Source: an uncultured delta proteobacterium (GTDB lineage Bacteria > Desulfobacterota > Desulfobacteria > Desulfobacterales > QNYZ01). Taken from it: a DNA stretch of 64,000 bases. Positions 30,447 to 39,609 of the stretch are shown piece by piece. The stretch lies in NCBI GenBank assembly GCA_963845145.1, contig CAWJQU010000008.1, positions 320,001 to 384,000 on the forward strand. The letters run 5' to 3'. The notes under the pieces were generated by a model that searched no databases, had not been told where the DNA came from, and saw nothing but the letters and a program-made list of their open reading frames with translations. The translations under genes were made by a program, and so were the position numbers. Every line of letters begins with the position of its first letter. Position 1 is the stretch's first letter.

Positions 30447-31434
30447 GACTCAGATTTGCAAACTCCTTAGGGTATCGATTTATCAGTTGTTCAAGTGCGG
30501 AATTAAACGGCTCGGAGCGGCCATTATCTCCAGCCAGTTCACGAGCAACCTCTAGTATCGCGGTGGCGACATGTTCAATCCCGGTTTTTCCCAGGTAAAC
30601 AACTTTTGAATCTTTGTACTGGAATTCTTCGGCAAATGGGTCCAGAAAGTCGTATTTGCCAGTTTTTTCTATAAACTTCTTTTTTAAAGCCAAATTAAAA
30701 TCAAAACCGCGCGGTGGTTTTTTAGATAAGACTCTCCGCAATGATTCTAAAATCAATTCTATTATTGTTGTCACCAGTTTGGTATTCGATGCCGAAGTAG
30801 CACGGATTACTTTACTCCCCGTCGCCGACGACTGGCTGAAATTAATCTCTTTTACGTTAAACACACCCCGTTTTTTTTTGGAAAAATATAACAGTGTTGA
30901 CAAATCCTGGTTACCACCGGGCAAATCGTTCGGGGGTTTTTCATTTATAAAACAATGGCAATGGAGAATTTCTCCATTTCGAAAAAAGAGGTCACCGCAA
31001 TGCTGATCATCAAATAGAACCTCAATACAACCCGACAGTTCTTCCGCTTTCATCCGTTTGATTAGAGCGGCCAGATCGGTAAAGTCAGAATTTAGCCCTT
31101 CATACTTGTTGTGTGCATGAAAAAGGCTAGACCAATAATAGATGTCGGATAGATCGATCTGGTAAACAGCTAATTCGAAGTTTTCAATGGCTGCAGCTTT
31201 CATCAGCTTGGTCGTGACATCACGAGTATCATACGCGTTACTCTTTTTTAATCGAAAACCACCGGCCAGATAGTCCGAATGATCGTAAAACAATATCCCC
31301 TCAGAAGATGCCGATTTGAAATATATACTGAATGTGCCGACTACTTCTTGATAATAATCGCAAAACTTTTCGATATTGACATAATAGCTGCTCACCTGAT
31401 CAACTAAAATTTTTCCTTTGGGAATTAATATCAT
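30436..31434 (-). CDS. hypothetical protein with tandem PatA-N/DUF4388-like repeats
   Basis: Two similar units (SIYFKS..EGILFY; LSGCIEV..GDLFFRNGEI). Confidence 0.55.
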   Translation of the reverse strand: MILIPKGKILVDQVSSYYVNIEKFCDYYQEVVGTFSIYFKSASSEGILFYDHSDYLAGGFRLKKSNAYDTRDVTTKLMKAAAIENFELAVYQIDLSDIYYWSSLFHAHNKYEGLNSDFTDLAALIKRMKAEELSGCIEVLFDDQHCGDLFFRNGEILHCHCFINEKPPNDLPGGNQDLSTLLYFSKKKRGVFNVKEINFSQSSATGSKVIRATSASNTKLVTTIIELILESLRRVLSKKPPRGFDFNLALKKKFIEKTGKYDFLDPFAEEFQYKDSKVVYLGKTGIEHVATAILEVARELAGDNGRSEPFNSALEQLINRYPKEFANLSHGT

Positions 31435-31499
31435 ACTTTGCTCCGGGCACGCTTTTCATCAACCAAATGGTATTGTCTTTTTTTAAATCTTGCCATCTC

Positions 31500-32006
31500 T
31501 CACAAGCGGAGATACTTTTTTTCCTTCAATAGTTTTATCATGTACTGTTGGAACGCCAACCGTTTATCTTTTTCCTGGATTTCCATTGACAGGGAATTGA
31601 TCAATTCAGCAACGCGCTCAACGGGGAAGCTCGACCGTTGGTATCCTAAACCGGCTATTGCATCGTCAATTAAAATAGGCGCAATCGGGCCAACAATACG
31701 TGCCACAGCGGCGGATAACAATTCATAAAAAGATGCATCGAGAACGTTAGCGCTATAACGGGCTTTTTCGAGTAGTCCCTGGTTAAACAATTTTTTAGTG
31801 CTATCACGCAATTGCTCCACTGGAACATTCAAATTCCGAGCTATGTTTTTCATTGGCGTCTTGCCATCAAGAGAAACAAGCAGTTTGACCATATCCGCAT
31901 TCAATGTATAAGTTGCCTGCGGTGATTTGGCAGACAAATCGGATATTCGAAATGTTGCCCCTAAAAAAGCATTCATATCCATCGGGTTTAAAGGATCTGC
32001 GGACAT
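31500..32006 (-). CDS. winged-helix domain + C-terminal helical domain protein
   Basis: LLVSLDGKTPMKNIARNL..KLFNQGLLE; C-terminal VGPIAPILIDDA motif. Confidence 0.6.
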   Translation of the reverse strand: MSADPLNPMDMNAFLGATFRISDLSAKSPQATYTLNADMVKLLVSLDGKTPMKNIARNLNVPVEQLRDSTKKLFNQGLLEKARYSANVLDASFYELLSAAVARIVGPIAPILIDDAIAGLGYQRSSFPVERVAELINSLSMEIQEKDKRLAFQQYMIKLLKEKKYLRL

Positions 32007-32032
32007 AGGGCGCCTCCTATCACTTTTCTGAC

Positions 32033-32572
32033 TTAGCCGGCTATAGCTTTTTCAAGTTTTTGACGCAATTCGGCGACTTCATCGCGAAGAGCAGCCACTT
32101 CCTCTTGGACAGCTTTTAACGCTTCGTCTGTGGCACTTTTCGCCATCCGCTTTTTTATAGAAGGACTGATTCGAACCCCCGTAATCTTCTGTTTTAAGAC
32201 TTGGAATTTGGTTATTTCGGCAACCACCAACTGCTTTCTCTCATGATCGGGCATCGTCTTTTCGCCGATCACTTTTTCCATACTTTCAAATACGGAACCA
32301 AGTAAACCTATTACATCTTTATCCGCATTGGCTTTATTCTTTTTTATGTATTTTCCAATTGAAGATAGCATTTTAAAGAAAGCCACCAAAACCAGGTCGC
32401 CCTCAGCCCTGACCATTAGTTTTTCCGACTCACTAATCAACTTGTTTAAGGTCTGGTCATTGATTTCCCAGTCCATGGCAAGGAATATCGCTTTTAGGTC
32501 CTGTAAGGAAGATAATGGGATTTTATTTGTTCGTTCGGTTCCATCTGCATTTGATGTATCAGTATTGTTCAT
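32033..32572 (-). CDS. hypothetical all-helical protein with C-terminal coiled coil
   Basis: 179-aa ORF with AGGAGG RBS; LKAIFLAMDWEIND motif; heptad repeats at the end. Confidence 0.7.
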   Translation of the reverse strand: MNNTDTSNADGTERTNKIPLSSLQDLKAIFLAMDWEINDQTLNKLISESEKLMVRAEGDLVLVAFFKMLSSIGKYIKKNKANADKDVIGLLGSVFESMEKVIGEKTMPDHERKQLVVAEITKFQVLKQKITGVRISPSIKKRMAKSATDEALKAVQEEVAALRDEVAELRQKLEKAIAG

Positions 32573-32585
32573 TTGATCAGGCCTC

Positions 32586-33191
32586 CTACATAAGCGTTCT
32601 TTTTAGAGAAATCATAGTTATCTGGATGGCTTTTTTTAGCGTAGTGGCAACGGCATGGCCCGTCATCGCACTGGCACCAAAGCTTGGGGCTTTTAATTTC
32701 GAATTAAGATCATTTTCAAGATTTTCAATGGAAAGAAGCGGAACCCCTTTTTTCCCTAAGTCGCGCTTGTTATACTGTAGGACAATAGGAATTTTATATA
32801 AATCTTTTTGATATGCCGCCAGGTTCTCTTCCAGGTTTTTCAAGGAGGCAATATTTTTTTCTCTTCTCACAGTCATGGAATCCGCAACAAAAACGACACC
32901 GTCAACCCCTCGCAAAACCAGGCGCCTGGTTGCGTTGTATTTTACCTGTCCGGGAACGGTATACAACTGTGTTCGAATGCTATACCCTTTAATTGTACCA
33001 ATGTTTAAGGGTAGAAAATCGAAAAACAGGGTCCGATCTCCATGAGTCTTTATTGTAACCAGATCATTTTTCATCTGGTGGCGGATGCGATTGTAGATAA
33101 ACTCCAGATTTGATGTTTTTCCACCTCTTCCGGGTCCGTAATAGACTATTTTAACCTGAACTTCTTTTTTCTTTAAATTTACGAATGCCAC
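32586..33191 (-). CDS. mglA: MglA-family small Ras-like GTPase
   Basis: KIVYYGPGRGGKTSNL, RTLFFDFLP, LYTVPGQ, QYNKRDL, ASA; GTG start. Confidence 0.95.
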   Translation of the reverse strand: MAFVNLKKKEVQVKIVYYGPGRGGKTSNLEFIYNRIRHQMKNDLVTIKTHGDRTLFFDFLPLNIGTIKGYSIRTQLYTVPGQVKYNATRRLVLRGVDGVVFVADSMTVRREKNIASLKNLEENLAAYQKDLYKIPIVLQYNKRDLGKKGVPLLSIENLENDLNSKLKAPSFGASAMTGHAVATTLKKAIQITMISLKRTLM

Positions 33192-33259
33192 GGCATTTAC
33201 CTCTTGTTGATGGCAAATTAGAAATTGGGTTCAATTGACTGGTTAAGGTTACTTTAAGA

Positions 33260-33655
33260 TTATTGCCCTGGCAATATCTCGCCTATCTTGGTGACGACTT
33301 CGGCCACCTTCAGCCTTAAAAAACCCAATGACACCTCTTTGTCAAAAATCGTCACCAACAGATATTCGGAGAGGACCTTGCTGAAGTGAATATTTGATTT
33401 CTCACCTTTGTGGAAAAGCAGCGAAAATTCATCTTCACCGACAATATTGGCCATGGCACTCATTGCACCATAATTTCCGGCTGCAAGTGCGGCCAGGGAA
33501 TAAATGTCATGATCGGCATCCCCGTTGTTCTGATCAACGACAATATTTCCAGCCATATCGATCAAGATCACACTGCGAACCCCCAATTCGATGAGATTTT
33601 TATTTAAGACAATTTCAATATCTTCCAGCTGTTTTTGCTCAAGAATGTAAGACAC
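33260..33655 (-). CDS. mglB: MglB roadblock/LC7 GTPase-activating protein
   Basis: LIDMAG, SLAALAAGN, EFSLLFHKGE, SLGFLRL; directly upstream of mglA. Confidence 0.93.
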   Translation of the reverse strand: MSYILEQKQLEDIEIVLNKNLIELGVRSVILIDMAGNIVVDQNNGDADHDIYSLAALAAGNYGAMSAMANIVGEDEFSLLFHKGEKSNIHFSKVLSEYLLVTIFDKEVSLGFLRLKVAEVVTKIGEILPGQ

Positions 33656-33715
33656 TTAATAACCTCCTGTTTGAGATGAAGCGAAGATTCGTTAATATTG
33701 AGTAAATACAGATAT

Positions 33716-34420
33716 TTAGCGATTACGTTGTGCCGGCTTCAACCGAATACAGACACTGGTTCCTTCACCAAGCTGGCTGTCTATAGTAATACCGCCGCCC
33801 ATGGCGGCCAATAATTTACGCGCAAGGGGTAGCCCTAGACCTGACTTTTCCGAATCTTTTGTATAAAAGGGAATAAAAACTTTTTCCAGTTTATCACTTT
33901 CAATGCCTGGCCCATTATCTCGAATCATAATCCGCAAATCATCTTCAGCAAGAATGGTCATTTCGATTAGCGGATCTTTTGTTTGTATCATTGCTTCAAT
34001 AGCGTTGGCAAGTACGGCATCAAATACCAGGTTAAGGACTCTTCCTTCGCCTAAAATAGAAAATGGTTTTTCGGATCCTTTTACGATTAACCGAATCCCC
34101 CTGACCGCCAAAGCTTCCCGTTTTTCCTGTACCCAATCATGCCAAAACGCTTCAAAGTTGATCGGCTGCAAACGGTTAACAACGGATCGGCTGTATTTTT
34201 TCATTGAATCGAGGAGACGTTGCTGCAACTCAACCTGCCCTACCGCCCGCACTAAAAATTCAGTCTTTTTGGTTTCATTGAACTGATCATAATTTTCAAG
34301 CAACACTTCGAGGGTAATTTTAAGCGTGCCGACTGAATTGCTCAAAAGATGGCGAATATTAGATAACGCCCGGTCGAAAAGTTCCCCTGATCCTATATCC
34401 GAATCTGATATTTGTGTCAT
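33716..34420 (-). CDS. cytoplasmic histidine kinase without sensor domain
   Basis: H-box IRHLLSNS, N-box NAIEA, DNGPGI, VFIPFYT, GLGL, GEGT; only about 15 aa before the DHp helix. Confidence 0.85.
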   Translation of the reverse strand: MTQISDSDIGSGELFDRALSNIRHLLSNSVGTLKITLEVLLENYDQFNETKKTEFLVRAVGQVELQQRLLDSMKKYSRSVVNRLQPINFEAFWHDWVQEKREALAVRGIRLIVKGSEKPFSILGEGRVLNLVFDAVLANAIEAMIQTKDPLIEMTILAEDDLRIMIRDNGPGIESDKLEKVFIPFYTKDSEKSGLGLPLARKLLAAMGGGITIDSQLGEGTSVCIRLKPAQRNR

Positions 34421-34496
34421 GTTTTTTCCTGTCCTGTTAATCGAATATTTGACCCTCTGGGCACGTGTCTATTATAATCAAATGTACTAATGCTTT

Positions 34497-34511
34497 GCAA
34501 TAATGGCGCCA
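34497..34511 (-). promoter_or_regulatory. sigma-54 -24/-12 promoter of the kinase-mglBA cluster
   Basis: Minus strand TGGCGC-CATTA-TTGC, 76 bp upstream of the first ATG. Confidence 0.75.
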
Positions 34512-34777
34512 ATCTTTGGCGCAATCAATATTCGCATAGAATTCATATAGTTAATATTTAACATCGAATTTTCAGGGTAGAATATCCAGTGGCGTGGTGC
34601 CACGGCTTGAAATATGTGCCCCGCATTTTGTAATCAGAATGGAACGCTCCCTCAAGCTCAGGTCCAAGCATGTAATCGTGTAACGACTAATTTTGCATGT
34701 CTTGCCAATTCTGCCGATTATTGTTAGAGGCATTCCTATCGCAAATCCGTACCTAAATTGATAGACACCATTATCGC

Positions 34778-35884
34778 ATGCATTCCGAAGAAACCAGCCA
34801 ACAAATGATGGATAGGAGCTATTGCGGCCGAATACTGTCCGGCTCATATACCTCCAGGTTAAAGCGGCGTACAGGGGAATGTATTCACACCTTTAAGGCC
34901 TTCGACGCAATCGGCACACCGCTCATTCCTTACATTGCCGCCTGGCAAGAACGGCAAAAAACCATCTGGTACGAATTTATCGGGAGGCACTTTCTACAAA
35001 TGTTGGCATGCGACCCCTTCAACGCGGCCAAAGCCTTCCGGAGCAGTATTCTTGAACAGAGAATCTACAAACATCAGCCGACCCAGCAGCGCGTGATCGA
35101 AAACATTGTGGGGCCCGACGATCTGGCAGGCTCCAGAACCGATTATCGCCGTCAAGCCAAAAAAAAAGGCATCATGGAAGCTGTGTATAAAAGTGTGATG
35201 AAAAATGGCGCAATCATCTGGCTAAAGGACGAGGCCGTGATCGAGACCTATGTCAAAGATCGCATCTATCTATCACTGGGCTGTTTAACCAATGTCACCA
35301 AGGAGATGGAGGCCGATGAAGCCCGCAAGCGAATGGAAACGACCCTTCGTAATAATGAAGAGCGATTTCGGTATCAAGCCACCCATGATAATTTAACCGG
35401 CCTGTACAACACCCGCCATCTCTATAATGATTTGGATTTATTGATCGAATCCTGTCAATCACAACACCGCAAGTTTTCATTGATCTTTCTTGATATTGAC
35501 AATTTCAAAGCCGTTGTGGATGCCCATGGCCATTTAAATGCCAGTCAGGCGATTCGGGAAATCGGGGCGACCATAAAAGCGGCCATTAAAAAACCCGCTT
35601 ATGGGGTGGCCTATGGTGGCGATGAATTCATCGTTGTACTCCCCGATTTCGACAAGGACCAGGCCCTGGATATGGCCGAGCACATCCGCTCGTTGATGCG
35701 ACAAACCGTTTACCTCACCAGCCGCGGGCTGACCGTCAAGCTACAGGCCAGCTTCGGTGTGGCCACATATCCGGATGACGCCGATGATCAGACAACCTTG
35801 ATCGGACTGGCTGATCAAGCCATGTTCGGGGTTAAAGCCAGCGGGAAAAATGCCGTTCAAGATAGCAAAACCAATCGTCCATAA
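34778..35884 (+). CDS. diguanylate cyclase (GGDEF) with PAS-like N-terminal region
   Basis: HDNLTGLYN, DIDNFKAV, YGGDEF, ASFGVA, ADQAM..K..GKN. Confidence 0.9.
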   Translation: MHSEETSQQMMDRSYCGRILSGSYTSRLKRRTGECIHTFKAFDAIGTPLIPYIAAWQERQKTIWYEFIGRHFLQMLACDPFNAAKAFRSSILEQRIYKHQPTQQRVIENIVGPDDLAGSRTDYRRQAKKKGIMEAVYKSVMKNGAIIWLKDEAVIETYVKDRIYLSLGCLTNVTKEMEADEARKRMETTLRNNEERFRYQATHDNLTGLYNTRHLYNDLDLLIESCQSQHRKFSLIFLDIDNFKAVVDAHGHLNASQAIREIGATIKAAIKKPAYGVAYGGDEFIVVLPDFDKDQALDMAEHIRSLMRQTVYLTSRGLTVKLQASFGVATYPDDADDQTTLIGLADQAMFGVKASGKNAVQDSKTNRP

Positions 35885-35916
35885 GCCAGCCCACAATACC
35901 CGGAATGACGATTTCA

Positions 35917-37227
35917 TCATAGCTGCCAGTAATCTATTCCCAAGGCACCTGCTTCATCTTCACTGAAAAGCCCTTTAACATCCATGACCAAGGCTTTATC
36001 TCCATCACACCGTTGGGCAATCTGCTTTAATCCCATTTTTTGATACGCCTCGTGTGAAACGGCTAAAACGACAGCATCAACTTTTTCAATCCGGGTTAAA
36101 CCAACCAGTTTTATGCCATAGTACGTTTCGGCTTCGCTCACTTCGGCCATCGGATCGTGGACCAGGACCTCAATTCCGTAATCCTCTAATTCATGAATAA
36201 TGTCCACAACCCGCGTGTTCCGTAAATCCGGCACGTTCTCTTTGAAAGTCAGGCCTAATATGGCTACCCGCGCATCTCGCACTTGTTTCCCCTGGGCAAT
36301 CATTTTTTTAACCGTCAATTCGGCGATGTACTTCCCCATATGATCGTTGATCCGGCGTCCCGCCAAAATCATTTCGGGATGGTAGCCGATGGACTCCGCC
36401 TTAAAGGTCAGATAGTACGGGTCGACGCCGATACAGTGTCCCCCTACCAGGCCCGGCGAAAAAGGTAAAAAATTCCATTTGGTCCCGGCGGCTGCCAAAA
36501 CATCATGCGTATTGATACCGATACGCTGAAATATCATGGCCAGTTCGTTCATGAGGGCGATGTTCAGGTCGCGCTGGGTATTCTCAATGACCTTGGCCGC
36601 CTCGGCCACTTTTATGCTGGTAGCCGTATGAATTCCGGCTTTGACAATCTTCCCATAAACACCGGCCAATAACTGGGTGGTCTGTGGGTCGGACCCCGAA
36701 ACGATTTTCATGATCTTATCGATTGAATGGACCTTGTCGCCGGGATTGATCCGTTCCGGAGAGTAGCCAACGGAAAAATCTTCTCCAAAAGCCAACCCGG
36801 AAACCGCTTCAAGTATAGGCACGCACACCTCCTCTGTCGCGCCCGGATAAACCGTGGACTCATAGACAACACAGGCGCCCGTCGGCATCCGTTGCCCAAC
36901 GATTTTACTGGCACTTTGCAGAGGCGTCAAATCGGGGTTGCGTTGCCCGTCAATCGGCGTGGGGACTGCCACAATGATCAGTCGGCATCGTTCCAGGTCG
37001 GCCGAATCAGCCGTGTAGTGGATGCCGGCCTGCTGTAATTGTTCGGCGGAAACCTCCAGTGTGCGATCCTCGCCGCATTTTAGTTCATCGATTCTTTTTG
37101 TGTTCAGGTCGAATCCGGTGACACGAAAATGAAAGGCCAGATGAACGGCCAGGGGCAGGCCCACATATCCCAACCCGACGACACCAATGGTATCTTCTCC
37201 AGCCAGTAATGAATCCAATGTCAACAT
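35917..37227 (-). CDS. nucleotide-sugar (UDP-HexNAc) 6-dehydrogenase, TviB/WbpO type
   Basis: GLGYVG, YESTVYPG, SPERINPG, GGHCIGVDP, FKENVPDLRN. Confidence 0.92.
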   Translation of the reverse strand: MLTLDSLLAGEDTIGVVGLGYVGLPLAVHLAFHFRVTGFDLNTKRIDELKCGEDRTLEVSAEQLQQAGIHYTADSADLERCRLIIVAVPTPIDGQRNPDLTPLQSASKIVGQRMPTGACVVYESTVYPGATEEVCVPILEAVSGLAFGEDFSVGYSPERINPGDKVHSIDKIMKIVSGSDPQTTQLLAGVYGKIVKAGIHTATSIKVAEAAKVIENTQRDLNIALMNELAMIFQRIGINTHDVLAAAGTKWNFLPFSPGLVGGHCIGVDPYYLTFKAESIGYHPEMILAGRRINDHMGKYIAELTVKKMIAQGKQVRDARVAILGLTFKENVPDLRNTRVVDIIHELEDYGIEVLVHDPMAEVSEAETYYGIKLVGLTRIEKVDAVVLAVSHEAYQKMGLKQIAQRCDGDKALVMDVKGLFSEDEAGALGIDYWQL

Positions 37228-37266
37228 GTCCGCTCCTCATCAATGGTAACGATCCTTCAAAACCGT

Positions 37267-37968
37267 CTATATTTCCTTCAACAACATCACTTTTTCATCT
37301 TCGCTTAGGTACCGCCATTCTCCCAGCATCAGTTTACCCAAGCGGATATCGCCCATTTGGACCCGTTTTAGACGATCTACCCGATGCCCTATTTTACCAG
37401 CCATCCGCCGAATTTGCCGGTTACGGCCCTCCTTTAGCGTTATCTTAAACTGTCGGGCCGACATTCGTTTGATCTTGGCCGGACGGGTTCGAACACCGTT
37501 TAAATCGATACCGTTGGCCAATCGCTTGAGCAATGAATCGGTAATCGCTCGGGCAACGGTAACGTAGTACACCTTAATATGGTTAAACGATGGATGCGAC
37601 AACCGATGGTGCAGGTCACCATCGTTGGTTAGTATAAGCAGCCCTTCCGATTCTTTGTCCAGCCGCCCGATTGGGAAAATTCGCTCGGGGATGTTTACCA
37701 GCGACGTTACAATTTTTTCTTGAGGCTGTTTGCAACTGGTAACGTAACCCCTCGGTTTATTCAAGGCAATATAGACGGATTGCGATCGTGCCTCAACCGA
37801 TTTGCCACGATATTCAACCCGGTCATTTTTTGGATCCACTTTTGTGCCTAAGACCGTGGTTACCTTGCCATTAACGCGGACATCACCGGCGAGAATACGT
37901 TTTTCACCCTCACGCCGGGAACAGATACCCGCGGTGGCAAGAAATTTTTGGAGACGCATTTCAGCCAT
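37267..37968 (-). CDS. S4-domain rRNA pseudouridine synthase (RluB/RsuA family)
   Basis: RLQKFLA, NKPRG, GRLD, EGRNRQIRRM. Confidence 0.92.
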   Translation of the reverse strand: MAEMRLQKFLATAGICSRREGEKRILAGDVRVNGKVTTVLGTKVDPKNDRVEYRGKSVEARSQSVYIALNKPRGYVTSCKQPQEKIVTSLVNIPERIFPIGRLDKESEGLLILTNDGDLHHRLSHPSFNHIKVYYVTVARAITDSLLKRLANGIDLNGVRTRPAKIKRMSARQFKITLKEGRNRQIRRMAGKIGHRVDRLKRVQMGDIRLGKLMLGEWRYLSEDEKVMLLKEI

Positions 37969-38048
37969 TTAAGTCATTCAGCACGATAGCTATAAAATAG
38001 AATTTAAAGCGACTTTTTTTTCATCGCACAAATTTGTATCAGGTGACA

Positions 38049-39248
38049 TCAAGTTCGATAATCGGCGTTGATCTGAACATAATCCAGGGACAGGTCGCAA
38101 GTGAGAATCGATATTTCGGAGGCCCCCATACCAAGATCGATCGTAATAGTGAATTCTGCTTGTTTTAAAACATCACCCGCACAATCGATACCAGGCCCCT
38201 CGACCCCCTGCCCTTGATCAAACACAAGCGTATCTTCAAACAAAATGCGTAATCTTTCCGGCTCGATGGGAATGCCCGCCCGACCCGCAGCGGCCACAAT
38301 TCGCCCCCAATTGGCATCTTCACCGAAAAAGGCTGTTTTTACCAGCGCCGACCTCGCCACCGTATCCGCTACAACCCGGGCGGCTTCCTCGGTATCTGCG
38401 CCCTTCACCAAAATCGTAACTAGTTTGGTCGCTCCCTCCCCATCTTTCACCAGTTCTCGGGCCAGGGATCTCATAACCTCATGAATGGTCTTTTGGCAAA
38501 TGGCTCTATCTTCAGGCGTTTCAAGTGTCGCTTTTGATTGACCATTGGCTAAAAGTAAAACCGTATCATTGGTACTGGTATCCCCGTCAATACTGATCCG
38601 GTTGAACGTTTGGTCCACCCCTGACTTCAATATAGACTGGAGCGTATTGGGCGGTGCCGCCAGGTCGGTACAGAGAAACGCCAGCATGGTAGCCATATTG
38701 GGGTGAATCATACCGGCACCTTTGGCAACACCGGTAACGGTAAAACGATGACCATTGATGCTGCCGGTACGCGTCACCAGTTTGGGGACCGTATCCGTGG
38801 TCATAATTGCTGTGGCAAAATCGAGAAAACCTTCAGGTTGTGCCGAATCGACCAGGCCCGGTATCGCCGCATTAATCGTTTGCATCGGCAGTTGGGTTCC
38901 AATCACCCCCGTGGAAGCCACCAATACCTGTTCAGGTTCGACATTCAGGTGTTTTGCGACCATCCGCGTCATGGCCACGGCATCTTTCATCCCCTGTTCA
39001 CCGGTGCAGCAATTCGCAACACCGCTGTTGACAATGAGGGCCCGGCATTGGCCCGCTGAAATTCGTTCACGATCCAAGACCACCGGTGCTGCCTGAATCG
39101 CATTGCGCGTGAAGACCCCGACAGCAACGGCAGGGACATCACTAACAATAATTCCCAAATCTTTTTCGTTGTTGGATTTAATCCCTGAGGCTAATCCCGC
39201 CGCACGAAATCCCTGGACACGAAAGTCAGTTTCGTGATGATGGGCCAT
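38049..39248 (-). CDS. argJ: glutamate N-acetyltransferase / ornithine acetyltransferase
   Basis: STGVIG, IMTTDT, KGAGMIHPNMATML, DTSTND, DGEGATK, DANWGR. Confidence 0.97.
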   Translation of the reverse strand: MAHHHETDFRVQGFRAAGLASGIKSNNEKDLGIIVSDVPAVAVGVFTRNAIQAAPVVLDRERISAGQCRALIVNSGVANCCTGEQGMKDAVAMTRMVAKHLNVEPEQVLVASTGVIGTQLPMQTINAAIPGLVDSAQPEGFLDFATAIMTTDTVPKLVTRTGSINGHRFTVTGVAKGAGMIHPNMATMLAFLCTDLAAPPNTLQSILKSGVDQTFNRISIDGDTSTNDTVLLLANGQSKATLETPEDRAICQKTIHEVMRSLARELVKDGEGATKLVTILVKGADTEEAARVVADTVARSALVKTAFFGEDANWGRIVAAAGRAGIPIEPERLRILFEDTLVFDQGQGVEGPGIDCAGDVLKQAEFTITIDLGMGASEISILTCDLSLDYVQINADYRT

Positions 39249-39493
39249 TGATTACTCCCTCACACATTAATGTTCAATCGATTCCCTATGCTTTTTATGA
39301 ATCCGCCTGCAACGTATTTGACCGAAGATGTGCAACCGCGGTCAATTAATAAAGCATCACTTATTATATCGCTTCGGTCATTGCTGGCAAGCCCTAAGTG
39401 AGTATTTTTACTTAAAAACCAATATAAATTCCCACGGTAAAACCCTAACAAGCCGAATTCGTATCCATGATCGTTTTTTTGTGCTGATATGGG

Positions 39494-39522
39494 TTGACAA
39501 GCATGAAATCAAAAACTATACT
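39494..39522 (+). promoter_or_regulatory. sigma-70 promoter of the PxxKW gene
   Basis: TTGACA-17 bp-TATACT. Confidence 0.75.
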
Positions 39523-39549
39523 TACCAATTTCATCGAGTTTTTAATATA

Positions 39550-39578
39550 GGCCGGGCGCCCAAGGCTCCGGCTTTTTT
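39550..39578 (+). terminator. terminator-like hairpin in the 5' leader of the PxxKW gene
   Basis: GCCGG..GCC-CAA-GGC..CCGGC followed by a T tract. Confidence 0.55.
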
Positions 39579-39609
39579 ATCATAGATAAATGGTAAGGGG
39601 GTAATTCTG

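Noticed and set aside
26000..34600. Prophage or integrative element explaining the AT-rich block
   Set aside because: No integrase, phage genes, tRNA target or att-like repeats recognised
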